Shown in pieces: positions 47,254 to 59,726 of a DNA stretch of 64,000 nucleotides. Origin of the DNA: Phyllobates terribilis (lineage: Eukaryota). A program made the translations under genes and the position numbers. The DNA is taken from NCBI RefSeq assembly GCF_046119375.1, contig NW_027362765.1, positions 231,508,001 to 231,572,000 on the forward strand, given 5' to 3'. Under the pieces are notes generated by a model. That model did not search any database and was not told the DNA's origin. It saw only the letters and a program-made list of their open reading frames with translations. How positions within the stretch are numbered: the first letter of the stretch is position 1; each line of letters begins with the position of its first letter.

Positions 47254-48702
47254 ATGGAAGCCGGATCTTATTGTGATGCTGCAAAACTGAATCCTGAATT
47301 TTTGAAAAAGCTTCTGAGTGAAGACGCCAAAGCGAAAGTTGTTTGTCAAGTCAGCAAAACATTCAGTTTAGATTATGTTAGTCTCCAGACCAGCACAATG
47401 GGCGAAGTATTCAGCCAATTCCCTGAAGTTCTGCTGGTGATCCGCTGCCACGATGATGACCAGAGAGCTCTCTACACTTTTTTGGCAGATGGGCCTCGTG
47501 TTGGTGGCTCGTATGAGATGACCAGAATGGTCCATGTAGCAGTGCCAGTTGATGAGACCCCAAAGGGACTTGCACGTATGTATCACATTATGAAAGAAAT
47601 GAACCCCTATTGGACTTCAATTCAAGTCTTTTTGGTGGCTCCCAGTTTTACAGAAGTTAATGCTATCCATGAGGCATTTCCATCGGCTGACGTGGTTCTT
47701 GCCGCCTCCCATGTCTACACTTATATTAAGCAGCGTATCCGTGATCTTTGCTTACCCGAAAAGGTGGAAAACATCATATTGAACGCTCTGAAGAATACAA
47801 TGTGTTCAGCCACAGACCGAAACTTAAAGGGTATGTACAAGATTCTGCAACAGTTTGTGGATCCCAGTATGTTCACAAAGATAAAAGGTGACTGGCTTCT
47901 AACAGATCGGATCTGGGCACTGCACCGCTGGAGAAGCTGGAATGATTGCCTGCAGTATATTGAAATGGTGGAATCATTGAGCCATGGGTTGAATGTAGTC
48001 TTTAATATATCGCCTTGTTTGAAAAGCACTATGAGCAGTTTTGTTTCATTTTGTGGGCAGGCTGCAGGCAAAAGCAAGCCGGATGCTCGAGACTGCAGTC
48101 CCGAAGAATTGGCAATGTTATTAAAATGCAAAAGTGAGATATGTGAAGGGCCATTTGAGGAACCCAGGATGGAGGCTGAAGCTGCAGCTTCCATGTCTGA
48201 ATCACTAGGTGTTATCTGTAACCCTGCAGCCTTCAGACTCTGTGCGAATGAACTGGATGTTACCCAGACATCCGTAGAACTTGTAGGGGCCGGGGAAGAT
48301 CAAGTGTGTGTTCAGATTCTTGAGAAGCCAAATGAAATTTGTGGTGATAAATATAAGACGTGTACCTGCAGCTTTCACCAATGCACAAAGCTTCCCTGCC
48401 GCCACATCCTGGCAGCGCTCAATGCCAGTAAGAAGACCCTACAGTCAGATATGCTTCACACAGCGTGGCGGAAGCAGACTGATGGACCTACATCAAGTCT
48501 CCCTGTAACACCAGAAACCCTGGAAATCATGGAGGCCCAAGGGAGACATGTGTCTGAAAACCATCTACTTGCTGACACCCTGACGAGCCAGATATCGGTG
48601 ATATTGGCAGAGTGTAGTGAAGAAGTATTTCAGCACCGCTACAATACTCTACGAGAACTGGCAGATACATGGATCGGGCCCTACGAAGAGGTGAAGCTTT
48701 AG
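47254..48702 (+). CDS. ZSWIM1: Zinc finger SWIM-type 1 (482 aa, single coding block)
   Basis: FSQFPEVLL, LYTFLADGPRV, NTMCSAT, WLLTDRIWALHRWRS, SWIM CTCSFHQCTKLPCRH and C-terminus RYNTLRELADTWIGPYEEVKL resemble human ZSWIM1; acceptor AG 47240-41; AATAAA at 48842. Confidence 0.95.
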   Translation: MEAGSYCDAAKLNPEFLKKLLSEDAKAKVVCQVSKTFSLDYVSLQTSTMGEVFSQFPEVLLVIRCHDDDQRALYTFLADGPRVGGSYEMTRMVHVAVPVDETPKGLARMYHIMKEMNPYWTSIQVFLVAPSFTEVNAIHEAFPSADVVLAASHVYTYIKQRIRDLCLPEKVENIILNALKNTMCSATDRNLKGMYKILQQFVDPSMFTKIKGDWLLTDRIWALHRWRSWNDCLQYIEMVESLSHGLNVVFNISPCLKSTMSSFVSFCGQAAGKSKPDARDCSPEELAMLLKCKSEICEGPFEEPRMEAEAAASMSESLGVICNPAAFRLCANELDVTQTSVELVGAGEDQVCVQILEKPNEICGDKYKTCTCSFHQCTKLPCRHILAALNASKKTLQSDMLHTAWRKQTDGPTSSLPVTPETLEIMEAQGRHVSENHLLADTLTSQISVILAECSEEVFQHRYNTLRELADTWIGPYEEVKL

Positions 48703-49063
48703 GATGGAGCCTACTAATTACACTGAGGCTCCTGCTTACTTCTGCCATGCATTTGTAAGAACACAGTCATGTTGTAGATTTCAGAGCAGGGACTGAAGAA
48801 CATGTGAATAGGCTACAATTAACGACTACAGCATTTGCTAAAATAAATGATTGCATACTTGGTGCGGTGTGTAAATGGGCAAATTGACCTGTTGCAAATA
48901 TTTTCTTTAAGGCCAGGTTCTCACGAGCATATAAAAATATTGTCATCGTTTTCTCATATCCAGATGCGTTGTTTTTTTTTACAGCAGCAGTTATTAATAA
49001 GAAGACCATTTACAGGTTCTGATGTTAAAGAATTGCAATGTGTTTGTAAAAAAGGTTCCATAT

Positions 49064-50958
49064 GGGCAGCACGGTGGCTGTGGTTAGCCCTGTAGCCTTG
49101 CAGCGCTGGGGTCCTGGGTTCAAATCCCACCAAGGACAACATCTCCAAGGAGTTTGTATGTTCTCCCTGTGTTTGCGTGAGTTTTCTCCGGGTTCTCTGG
49201 TTTCCTCCCACACTGCAAAGACATACTGATAGGGAATGTAGATTGTGAGCCCCAATGGGGATAATGTCTGTAAAGCACTGTGGAATTAATGGCGCTATAT
49301 ACAGTACAGACCAAAAGTTTGGTCACACCTTCTCATTTAAAGATTTTTCTGTATTTTCATGACTATGAAAATTGTACATTCACACTGAAGGCATAAAAAC
49401 TATGAATTAAAGCATGTTGAATTATATACTTAACAAAAAAAGTGTGAAACAACTGAAAATATGTCTTATATTCTAGGTTCTTCGAAGTAGCCACCTTTTG
49501 CTTTGATGACTGCTTTGCACACTCTTGGCATTCTCTTGATGAGCATCAAGAGGTAGTCACCGGAAATGGTTTTCACTGCACAGGTGTGCCCTGTCAGGTT
49601 TAATAAGTGGAATTTCTTGCCTTCTCAATGGGGTTGGGACCATCAGTTGTGTTTAGCAGACGTCAGGTGGATACACAGCTGATAGTCCTACTGAATAGAC
49701 TGTTGGCTGCTTTTTTCTTGCTATAATACAAATTCTAAGTAAAGAAAAACGAGTGCCCATCATTACTTTAAGAAATGAAGGTCAGTCAGTCCAAAAAATT
49801 GGGCAAACTTTGAAAGTGTCCCCAAGTGCAGTTGCAAAAACCATCAAGCGCTACAAACAAACTGGCTCACATGAGGACCGCCCCAGGAAAGGAAGACCAA
49901 GAGTCACCTCTGCTTCTGAGGATAAGTTTATCCGAGTCACCAGCCTCAGAAATCGCAGGTTAACAGCAGCTCAGATTAGAGACCAGGTCAATGCCACACA
50001 GAGTTCTAGCAGCAGACACATCTCTACAACTACTGTTAAGAGGAGAGTTTGTGCAGCAGGCCTTCATGGTAAAATAGCTGCTAGGAAACCACTGCTAAGG
50101 ACAGGCAACAAGCAGAAGAGACTTGTTTGGGCTAAAGAACACAAGGAATGGACATTAGACCAGTGGAAATCTGTGCTTTGGTCTGATGAGTCCAAATTTG
50201 AGATCTTTGGTTCCAACCACCGTGTCTTTGTGCGACGGAGAAAAGGTGAACGGATGGACTCTACATGCCTGGTTCCCACCGTGAAGCATGGAGGAGGTGG
50301 TGTGATGATGTGGGGGTGCTTTGCTGGTGACACTGTTGGGGATTTATTCAAAATTGAAGGCATACTGAACCAGCATGGCTTCCACAGCATCTTGCAGCGG
50401 CATGCTATTCCATCCGGTTTGCGTTTAGTTGGACCATCATTTATTTTTCCACAGGACAATGACCCCAAACACACCTCCAGGCTGTGTAAGGACTATTTGA
50501 CCAAGAAGGAGAGTGATGGGGTGCTATGCCAGATGACCTGGCCTCCACAGTCACCAGACCTGAACACGATCGAGATGGTTTGGGGTGAGCTGGACTGCAG
50601 AGTGAAGGCAAAAGGGCCAACAAGTGCTAAGCATCTCTGGGAACTCCTTCAAGATTGTTGGAAGACCATTTCCGGTGACTACCTCTTGAAGCTCATCAAG
50701 AGAGTGCCAAGAGTGTGCAAAGCAGTCATCAAAGCAAAAGATGGCTATTTTGAAGAACCTAGAATATAAGACATATTTTCAGTTTTCACACTTTTTTGTT
50801 AAGTATATAATTCCACATGTGTTAATTCATAGTTTTGATGCTTTCAGTGTGAATGTACAATTTTCATAGTCATGAAAATACAGAAACATCTTTAAATGGG
50901 AAGGTGTGTCCAAACTTTTGGTCTGTACTGTAAATGAGTAAAATAAATAAATAAATAT
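49064..50958 (+). mobile_element. tRNA-derived SINE copy 3, split in its tail by DD38E copy B
   Basis: Head gggcagcacggtggctg at 49064; tail ggcgctata[TA-element-TA]aatgagtaaaataaataaata restores the copy-1 tail. Confidence 0.88.
49302..50930 (+). mobile_element. DD38E transposon copy B; open 338-codon frame with an inverted start region
   Basis: TA duplication 49300-01 / 50931-32; ~270-bp TIRs; ORF 49753-50769 with WSDE, QDND and NTIE triad (DD38E). Confidence 0.93.
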
Positions 50959-51954
50959 GGGGCCCTTTTTTATGCACACTTATAGACTTGCATGGATGAG
51001 ATTGACCTTACATTAGGAAGAGACTAGTGTATGCTGCAATTTATTTTTTGCACATGAATATTCGGTCAGTGGGAAAAAAATTGTTTATCTCCACCTCAAT
51101 AACACTGGTCCGAGTGTTGTCCATTTTTTTTCTCCGGCAGCCCTTGTCCTGCGCCGCTGTTGCTAGCAGCAGCAGAGAGTGGGCAGTTTAGGCCAGTGAT
51201 TCAGCATGATGGTCAACCTTCAAGAGTGCACCACCCATTAGGAAGGTAGAAGACAATAGAACAGATTTTAGGAACTTGAGACTACCTCTTTAAAGGGCTA
51301 CCTTGACTCCATTCACTCCAGGCCGAGAGCCGAGGCCAAGGACGTCAGGAAGAGCAAGTGGGAGGTATCATCCACTTGTCTGATTCATTAGAACAGGGCA
51401 GCTGCGTATCCCTGGCAATCAAAAGTAGTTTAAAAATGTAGATACAGTTTACATAGCAAGTTCTATAAGGTACTAATAAAGTTCTTAGGCCAGGTGCCCC
51501 CATCCTCCAATAGCTGCACCAATCCAGGTCCTAGCAGTTTGGCTCCCAGTCCAATGTTAGGCACAGGAAAGTGAATGAGCAGTGTTTGATGGGGGCTTGT
51601 TTTATTGGAGAAACGAGTACCCTTCTTTGTTATCGAGAAGGGGGCTGGCTTAGCTATTAAAGTAAGCAATCCATCATCTACTCTGCTTTGGTTATATGCC
51701 AAGATAAGAAATGGCTGTCCTGTGTCCAGCACAGGACTGGAAGCCAAGCTAATGAGACATGGGATAGAGAAGCTACTGGCGGATTAAGACACTCGGTCTA
51801 ATAGAATTATACTGGTAAATTATATAGTTTACAGTGGTCTAATGGGTAACGTTTCTCCTTGTGGAGAGTGACCTACCATCTCTAGCATACCAAGGTAAAG
51901 AGGCTTATTCGCCGTGCAATTCTCTGAAGAGTCAATTTGCATATTACATTTCCC

Positions 51955-52212
51955 AGAGAGGAAGAGGACTTGATCTCTATAGCGCCACCTATTGGAAGCA
52001 GCAGTCCTACAAGTCATTATCTACCCTAAAATAAGTCTTGCAATATGACTTGGGATAAAAGCCAAATCAGAATCTCAATTTGCAGACATTGATATTCTGA
52101 TTTGGCTTTTATCCTAAGTCCTATTGCAAGACTTGTTAAAGGGTTGATTGTGACTTGTAGGACTGCTGCTTCCAACAGGTGCCGCTATAGAGTTCAAGTT
52201 CTCTTCCTCTCT
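51955..52212. mobile_element. Fold-back MITE-like element
   Basis: Arms gaggaagaggacttg...cctacaagtca / tgacttgtagg...ctcttcctctc, plus an inner inverted pair. Confidence 0.7.
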
Positions 52213-52634
52213 GAAGAGGCAATTTGCATAGTTTACAATGAAATGCCAAATATTTTTTGCCTGGAAAAACGCTTTTCAGACTGTGGATAATATGGAGGTT
52301 CTAATACAGCCATGTGCAGGAGGCATAACTATCGTAACTATAACAAGATGTCATCCATACAGATAGCAGTGGCCATTACCACATATTTCCCTTCCATTAT
52401 AGTATGATGTATATGTGCCCTCCCCAGTAAACCCTAGATGGTTGTCCTTGTGGCCTCCCACAAACGGCAGAGCCAACAACAGACTTCGCCACTCCGTTCT
52501 ATTGTCACGCCGGTAATGTATATGTTTGCTATCATTCCCGTGAAGCTAAAAGGAAAATACCGGCAAAGAAATCTATTATAGTTATCCATATTATGTATAT
52601 GGGGGGTGTATTGCTTTCCTCCCTGACGTTAAGT

Positions 52635-52922
52635 TTACTTAGAATTCAGATTAGGATTCTTTTCCAAAAACTCTCGTGCTGCCTGGATCATATCCTCTTG
52701 TCTGACACCAGGAACAGTAGTGGTGGGTATACCTGCAATCGTCATGGCCAGAGCCAGGATACAGATATTGGGCGATGGTGGAAGTTCTGCTCTTCGTGGA
52801 CCCCCATACTCAGCGTTGTAAAACATATTATTCTCAGAGTTTCTTGCCACTTCCTGACTTTGTATTGGGTAGGGGCTTCTTTGATGAAATATCTCGGGTT
52901 CCTGGGGGGGTTGTGGTAGCAT
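52635..52922 (-). CDS. SPATA25: Spermatogenesis-associated 25 orthologue (short, 95 aa as read)
   Basis: [35 protein letters not shown] resembles the human [35 protein letters not shown] block; expected strand and position between ZSWIM1 and NEURL2; true 5' end uncertain. Confidence 0.8.
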   Translation of the reverse strand: MLPQPPQEPEIFHQRSPYPIQSQEVARNSENNMFYNAEYGGPRRAELPPSPNICILALAMTIAGIPTTTVPGVRQEDMIQAAREFLEKNPNLNSK

Positions 52923-54752
52923 TATGTAGATCCAAATTCTGAGCTTGCTGGGAGTAGCTGTGAAATAGGCTGAACGTAGGTAACGTTTTTGGCTAGTTAA
53001 GTTCTGACTCTTCCCGGAATATATTAGTACACCACGGAATGTACATAGAATTCTACATAGAATGCTTTGTGTCCATGGTAACAGACTTAAAGGGGTTACT
53101 TTTAATAAAGTTTATTGAAACAAACATTAGAGATGTTGGCTGTCGGCAATACACGCTCTGTCGTAATTTGATCCTGATGCTGTAAAACTGCTTTTTGCCA
53201 ATACATGACAGATTAGGTATGAGCCATAGGTACGGAGTCTTATAAGCACTGTCTGTATGTCATCCTTAAGGCCCCATACACATTCACATTGCCTATTTCC
53301 ACAGGATCAGCTGACCATCTGGTGTGTGAGTATGAGGACCTCTCAATTCTTCCCCCTTCACATGATCTCAGTGCAAATAATGATCGAGCAATATGAATTC
53401 AGACACTCAATCCTTTTCTTTTGTTCTTCAGTTAGATACCTAGAAGTGAAAGCACCACTGTGTGAAGTGGTGCCACTAACGTGAGTTCCCTGAGCCTAGT
53501 ATTCTCACCAGCTGCCGTCTTCAGCTCTTCCCAGCGCCGCTACGGTCCTTCGCCTCCATCTACAACTTCTGACTGACCGGAAGTCAGAGGTAACACTCAC
53601 AAGCTCTCACTGTAAGTCTATGGGAGCCTCGTTCTGGCCTCATTCAGGCTTTCATAGGCTTCCATTGAGTAGTGACTTCCGGCTCAACCAGCAAACACTG
53701 GAGAGATCCGGCAGGTCACAACCTGCAGGAGACCAACCAGAAAAAGACAGCGGCTGGAAAGTATAAGACTAAGTGCAGGGCACTGAACTGAGTGGCACCA
53801 CTCCAGCACTGGAATAAAAAAAATCCATTGGAGTGGTGTTTTAAGTTCAGACAAGAACTTATCTTTTTAGACTTGTCACGTTGGTATATTGTGGACATGA
53901 TCGGCTCTGTGTGCTCGTCTGCATAGAGGATGTGCCTGCTATTTATATGCACCTGTCCGGCTCATGCTACCATTTTTTTTTCTCTATGCCGAGCTGTGCA
54001 TGTCGTTGCACACATGAACAGAAAATGAGAAAATGCTATTGTGTGAATAAGCCCATTCTCTGCTCTTATAGAGAACAAATGAATGATTAGCCAGGCGTTC
54101 ATGAAGTCCTATGTTGGCTGTATAAGCATTTGGCCAACAACTATGCTGCTGCGGGTTTTTTTAATGCAAATTAAAAGCTGCTTTTTTAGGCCACGTTCAC
54201 ACGTTGAGTATTTGGTGAGATTTTTTCTCAGTATGTGTAAGACAAAACCAGGTGAGGAACAATCAGAGGAAAAGTATAATAGAAACAAGTCACCAATTCT
54301 GCATTTATCACCCACTCCTGGTTTTGGCTTACACATACTGAGGTAAAAAACTGACCAAATACTGAACGTGTGCACGTGGCCTTACAATACCAGCGAAAGC
54401 TATGAGATTTCAGAAATCTCATGTCTGCTTGTTTGTTTTTTTTTCCTGACTCAATTTGAGAACTGCAGCATGTCCATTCCTTCAACATTTTTGCAGCGTT
54501 TTTTCACTCATAGCAACTAGAAAAAAAATGCTGGAAAAAAAAGCTGGGTTTTTTTCAGCGTTTTTGAATCATTTTTAGTGAATAAAACTAATTTTATTAA
54601 ACACATACTGTAGACAAAGCACGCATTTAATCTGCGCCCAAATAAAAGGCCACAAGTGTTTTGAATGCAATGTTTTCACTAGCAAGAGAGTAGGTTTTGG
54701 CTGCAGAAAAAATGCAGCAAAAACACTACGTATATGCTAAAGCCTCATTTAA

Positions 54753-54985
54753 TGATATGCCTGTGCTTTCGGTCGGGCCTATAGGCAGGGTCTTTCCTTG
54801 GTGACTTAGGCCAGATCATCAAGATAAGACCTGACCACAGGCCCCCCCTATCTGTCTAGCGGTCTCTATGATGAGGAACATACTTGTGCTTCGGGCTGGC
54901 CTGTGGGCAGGTCTTATCTTCCTGATCTGGCCTAAATCACCAAGGAAAGACCCCTAGAGTCCTGCCCCGCAACATCGGCATATCA
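54753..54985. mobile_element. TTAA-flanked fold-back MITE
   Basis: ttaatgatatgcc ... ggcatatcattaa with inner arms gggtctttccttggtga / tcaccaaggaaagaccc. Confidence 0.7.
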
Positions 54986-55329
54986 TTAACTCAAAACGGC
55001 AAACACTGATTACACAAGAACCACAAGACGGATTTCTTCACCTCATGTACCATATTAATCAGTGCAGCAGCCTCAACATGACACTGCCTGTAGTTTACTT
55101 AGCAAAATCCTGCTGACTGTAATGTAATGATTACACAAGAACCACAGGATGGATTTAATCAAGCAAGGTGTCATTGTAAACAGTGTAATGTCGCCCACCT
55201 GACAGTGTATATAGTTTACTGAGCACAATCCTTCTGACAGGTGTGCTTTAAGTTGTGCAGGAGGGCGTATCTGTGTTTTATAGGTTGCAGATGGCCAAGC
55301 GCGACCATCATTAAAGAAGGGGGAAATGT

Positions 55330-56250
55330 AAGGAGATGGACATGCGGTCTATTTTTCCCTCTTGAAGAAACACGTTTTAATGTTATGCGATATAATGTGA
55401 ATTGTGATGTGCGTTAATGGTATTCATAATGTATGTAGTTTGACCGTAGGGACAGTTAAAGTTAATGTTTGGCACTAGTCCAAAGTGGAAGGGTCTGAAT
55501 TACAGGGAAAGTGACAATTTCCTGTCAGAGTTAGATTGGGCGTGGAGTGCATAGTAAGTTGACCTAAAGGTCCAAGGTGAGCAGTACCACGTTCTGAGGT
55601 GACTCTAAGTAAGAGAAGACCAAAAGAAAAGGGATATCGAGAGCAGGAGCGGAAATGACAGAGACAGAGTGACCTTCTGGAAGTGAGTCCTGGGAGAGGA
55701 CGCCTAGCCACAAGACCCTGAGCTTCTAACGCTTGAAGATAACGGGCCTAAACAGGACTGAATACGTAGGACGAGTAAAGTGCCCAGGGCGGGAGTTCCA
55801 GAGCGTCAGCATTACCAGCCATACTCGCACCCTAAAGAGAAAAGAGGACTTGGAACCGCAGGACGAATAAAGGACTCTTGTTAAGCAGGACTGTAGTGTT
55901 AAAGCTGGGTTGTGGTGAAGTAGTGAGAAACTGGACATAGAGAAAACAAATGAAGGAAACTGGAAAATGCTTCGAGTTGTAAAGGAAACGTTCATAAGAC
56001 TGTGTACCATCTATCCCTTGTAGATATTCCCTACCAAGTTCCCGTTCAGTAAAAAGTTTTATTTTTGAATGGTGGTCACCCTAATTGAATTGTGAAACAT
56101 CTGGTCCTGGCAAACCAGCAGCATTGGTTAAATGCGGCCTGCACGGGCGTAGTGCCCTCACAGCACAAGTCCACACACCCAGCCAGGACCTCCACCTTCA
56201 TGTAACGTGCTGGGGTGCTGAAGATGAGTGCCTCACATCACAATTCACTT
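55330..56250. mobile_element. Possible solo-LTR-like segment
   Basis: Purine-rich, compositionally distinct block with plausible TG...CA ends; no TSD or PBS confirmed. Confidence 0.25.
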
Positions 56251-59200
56251 TCACTGCGGTGCAAAATGGGGACCCCATTCTTGAGTTAGGTGTGGTTCCC
56301 AGAGGTTAGTATGCTAGAAATATCCAAGATGGGAGTAACCCTTTAAGGCCACGGCCCCACTATCAGTATTTGGTCAGTATTTTTTCTCAGGAGTGGGAGA
56401 CAAAACCAGGAGTGGGTGATAAATGCAGAATTGGTGACTTGTTTCTATTATACCTTTTCTCTGATTGTTCCTCACCTGGTTTTGGCTCCCACTCCTGAGA
56501 GAAAATACTGACCGAATACTGATCAAATACTGATAGTGGGGCCGTGGCCTTACTTACTGATCCCAGGTGTAGAAATGATGGTGATGTCACAGACTTGTGT
56601 AGTTGGGATCTGTGACACCCCTAAAACCTATAGACTATATGTGACATGTTAGAAGATGTTCTGGGGTCAGTCTCTTAAATGTAAATGACGAAAACATTTT
56701 TAGCATGCGATGAAACATGACAATGGGTTTTATTACATTTTTATTCTGAATTTTGTAACTTACAAAAACAGCACTTTCAATGGATGTTTCAAAAGAGTGA
56801 AGCCTTGATCTCAGACACTACTGGAAAAAAAAACGCATTAAGGTTAACACTACATTCTTATGAGTTTTTCAAGCGGAAACTACTTTTTATTAGTGTGTTA
56901 TTAACGGTTCCTAAAGCATTTTCTGGAAACGTTTTATCATTTTTTAAGCTTTTTTAGGTCGATTTTTTCAATAAATTAAGCAATGTCTGGTGAAAACACA
57001 ACATGCTCAAAAAGATGCACAGGAATCTCTTGTTTTTGTAGCCTTCCCATTGATTTCTATTGTAAGTATGGAGCGGCTTCATAGCAGAAGACATCTGAAA
57101 ATCTGACAGTTCAGTTCTTATAAATATCTTAACCGGAAACCAATTAAAACAATCTGTCACCAGGTTTTTGCCACCTCAAATGAGAGCAGCATAATGTAGG
57201 GGCAGAGATCCTGATTCCAGCTATGTCACTAACTCTCCTCCTTGCTGGAGTTTTGATAAAATTTCTGTTTTGTATGCTGCAGATCGACCAGTTTTCTGAA
57301 AGCTGAGCTCTGTCCAAACCTCTGAATGAGAGCTTTCTTTTATACTGTGCATAGGCAGAAAGCTACAAAAAAAGAGAAAGGGGCCAGTCTACCTATTAAC
57401 TTAATATGCAGCTGCACAAATACGCTATGTGGCCAATATACAAACATATATATACATACACTGTGTCAGCATACTGTGATTAATGTATACATAAACTTCA
57501 CCTTTGCTATAAATGTAAAAAGAGTGAGGATCTTGGCATTTTTTGTTTAAAAATTGTAAAAGCCATCCATCTGTGACAAGGTATACCTCATATGAATGGT
57601 CTGTAACTCGCCTCTTCATGGGCCGAGACAGGAACCAGGCTTAGCTCGTCATAAAACCTTTTGGAGAAAGATGGGTGGATAAAGGTGCAGGAAGCTGTCA
57701 ATCAGTGGACAGGGTTCATGAATATGGAAGACTATATGGCAGCAGAGTTATTAGTCCTCTATTGATAATCTCCAGCTGACAAATGTGATTTTATCAAAAC
57801 TACAGCATGCAGCCCAGTAAGTGACACATCTCTGGAATCAGGGTCTCTGTCTCTACATTATGCTGCTCTCAGATGACAAAAAACAGATTCCTTATGAGTT
57901 TCACTTTTTGAATTGAAGAACTGAAATTAATTAACTTTTTGATGATCTTCTAATTTTGTGAGATGCACTTGTATGTAAAATAGTGGCGACTTCTAAGTAG
58001 AGGCCACCAGAAGAATGGGCTGGTCACTTCTTTTAGCCGCTTCGTTGCCTGGAGCGGTAAAAGAAGTTAGAAAAGACTGAACATATGCTCAGTAAGGTGT
58101 TTATACATTTCTGTCCATATGTTCATTAACTTTAACATCTATTGAGCACTTTTTCAGGCACGTTCCATGCCTTGAAAAGGACATTGTGTGCACATACCCT
58201 TAATACTATCAAAAGATTGAATGTATGAACAACAAGTCGTTGATCAATAAGAACTTAATGGGAAGAGTCTTTAAGCATTTTTTAGCTATTTTTCAGCAGT
58301 GAGGGGCAGTCATGTACTTAGCAATCTGCTGAACAGATCTGGTAACCAATATTCAGAAAAAGGATAGAAAATCAAAAAGCTATAAAAAGTGGATGGTGGT
58401 GAAGCTTGACTTGGCAGTAGGTTGCAGGATACTTGGTTCTCGAGGAGCTAGATAGACCTTCATGTAGCACCTACAATTTGCTGCCATATAGTGGACTAAT
58501 TATGGTAATGACAGTCGACTCAAACTCTGATCAGAGATTATGCCGAATGTCATTTTACTGTGATCCGATCCTCTTGGATGAGAGAATAGTATCAGAGGTG
58601 CGGAGAAGATGGAGAAAATAATTTCTCCATTGTCTGTGTCTGCATAAATCAAAACTGCACTCGGATGACATCCGAGTGTTGTCCGGTGTTTTACACGCAC
58701 CCATAGACTTGGTGCGTGTTATCCGATTTGCGGAGTCATTTGCAAGATACTGCAATTTTTCGTAGATCTGCAATGCCCCATAGTATAACATTGGTACGAA
58801 TGCAACAAAACATCGCATAGCACTCATCCGAGTTATACGCTCGCCTGCGTGAGCGAGCCCTGATCCATATTCTTGATCAGACTCACCTATTATAAGTCAA
58901 TGAGTGTGAAATAACCAGATCACCTATGGATCTACAATTATTAAGGAAGGAAACTGTACTTGACCTTATTTAATAATATGTACCTATAAAAAATTGATAT
59001 ACAGATTTTTATCAAAGTAGTGCTTGCTGAGATTCTTGTTACATACCGACCATCGGTCCATGTGTAAAAACAACCCAGTGTTGGGTCCAGGGTTCAAATC
59101 ACACCAAGGACAACATCAGTGATAATATTGTCTGTGGTATATGATGGCGCTATATAAGATAGAATGATAGAAATCAACATTTTAAAGTGTATATGATCAA

Positions 59201-59341
59201 ATACAATTTCCTAGGTTAATAATGGCAATGTGTCTGTAAACAACGGATGCCACACAGATGATCCATATGGGATCTGACTTTTTTTGGCTTACACAGACAC
59301 TCAGTGTTTGAAAAAACCTGTCATCAAGACATTCTAATTAA

Positions 59342-59726
59342 AGGAAATCTGCCAGCAGGTTTTTGCTATGTAATAGGAGGACAGCATAAGGAAGGGGTTA
59401 AAACACAGATTTCAATTATGTTTCACTTCTCAAGCTGTGTGCTGGTTTCCTTACACTGAAGGTTTTATCACCAGGACTGATGCTTGCGTGAGCAGTAGTC
59501 CCACCACGCCCCCTCCTGTGATAAGCAGCTCACTATACAGTATATATAGAGAGCCTGGTGTGGGCCGGGTTAGCTTTCTGAGCTCTGCTACATCCTACAT
59601 CTAAGAACTCTGATTGTGTCACAACTGCTACACCCAGTAAGTGATATATAGCTGGAATCAGGATCTCTGTCCCTACATCATGCTGCTCTCAGATGAGGTA
59701 GCAAAAACCTGCTGACAGATTGACCT
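59342..59726. mobile_element. T2/Kolobok-type MITE (related copy ~57148-57891)
   Basis: TTAA-aggaaatctgccagcagg ... cctgctgacagattgacct-TAA; shared gctgctctcagatga arms. Confidence 0.7.

Noticed and set aside
47721-48194. 157-aa minus-strand ORF
   Set aside because: Antisense to the ZSWIM1 coding sequence.
49753-50769. Domesticated or fully active transposase gene
   Set aside because: The native ATG is inverted, substitutions are scattered (for example NPIE to NTIE), and TIRs/TSD show an ordinary insertion; there is no evidence of selection.
51840-51880. Possible minus-strand hammerhead (tcc-acaa-gga-GAAACG)
   Set aside because: A hairpin and GAAAC are present, but the 5' core and stem I are missing.
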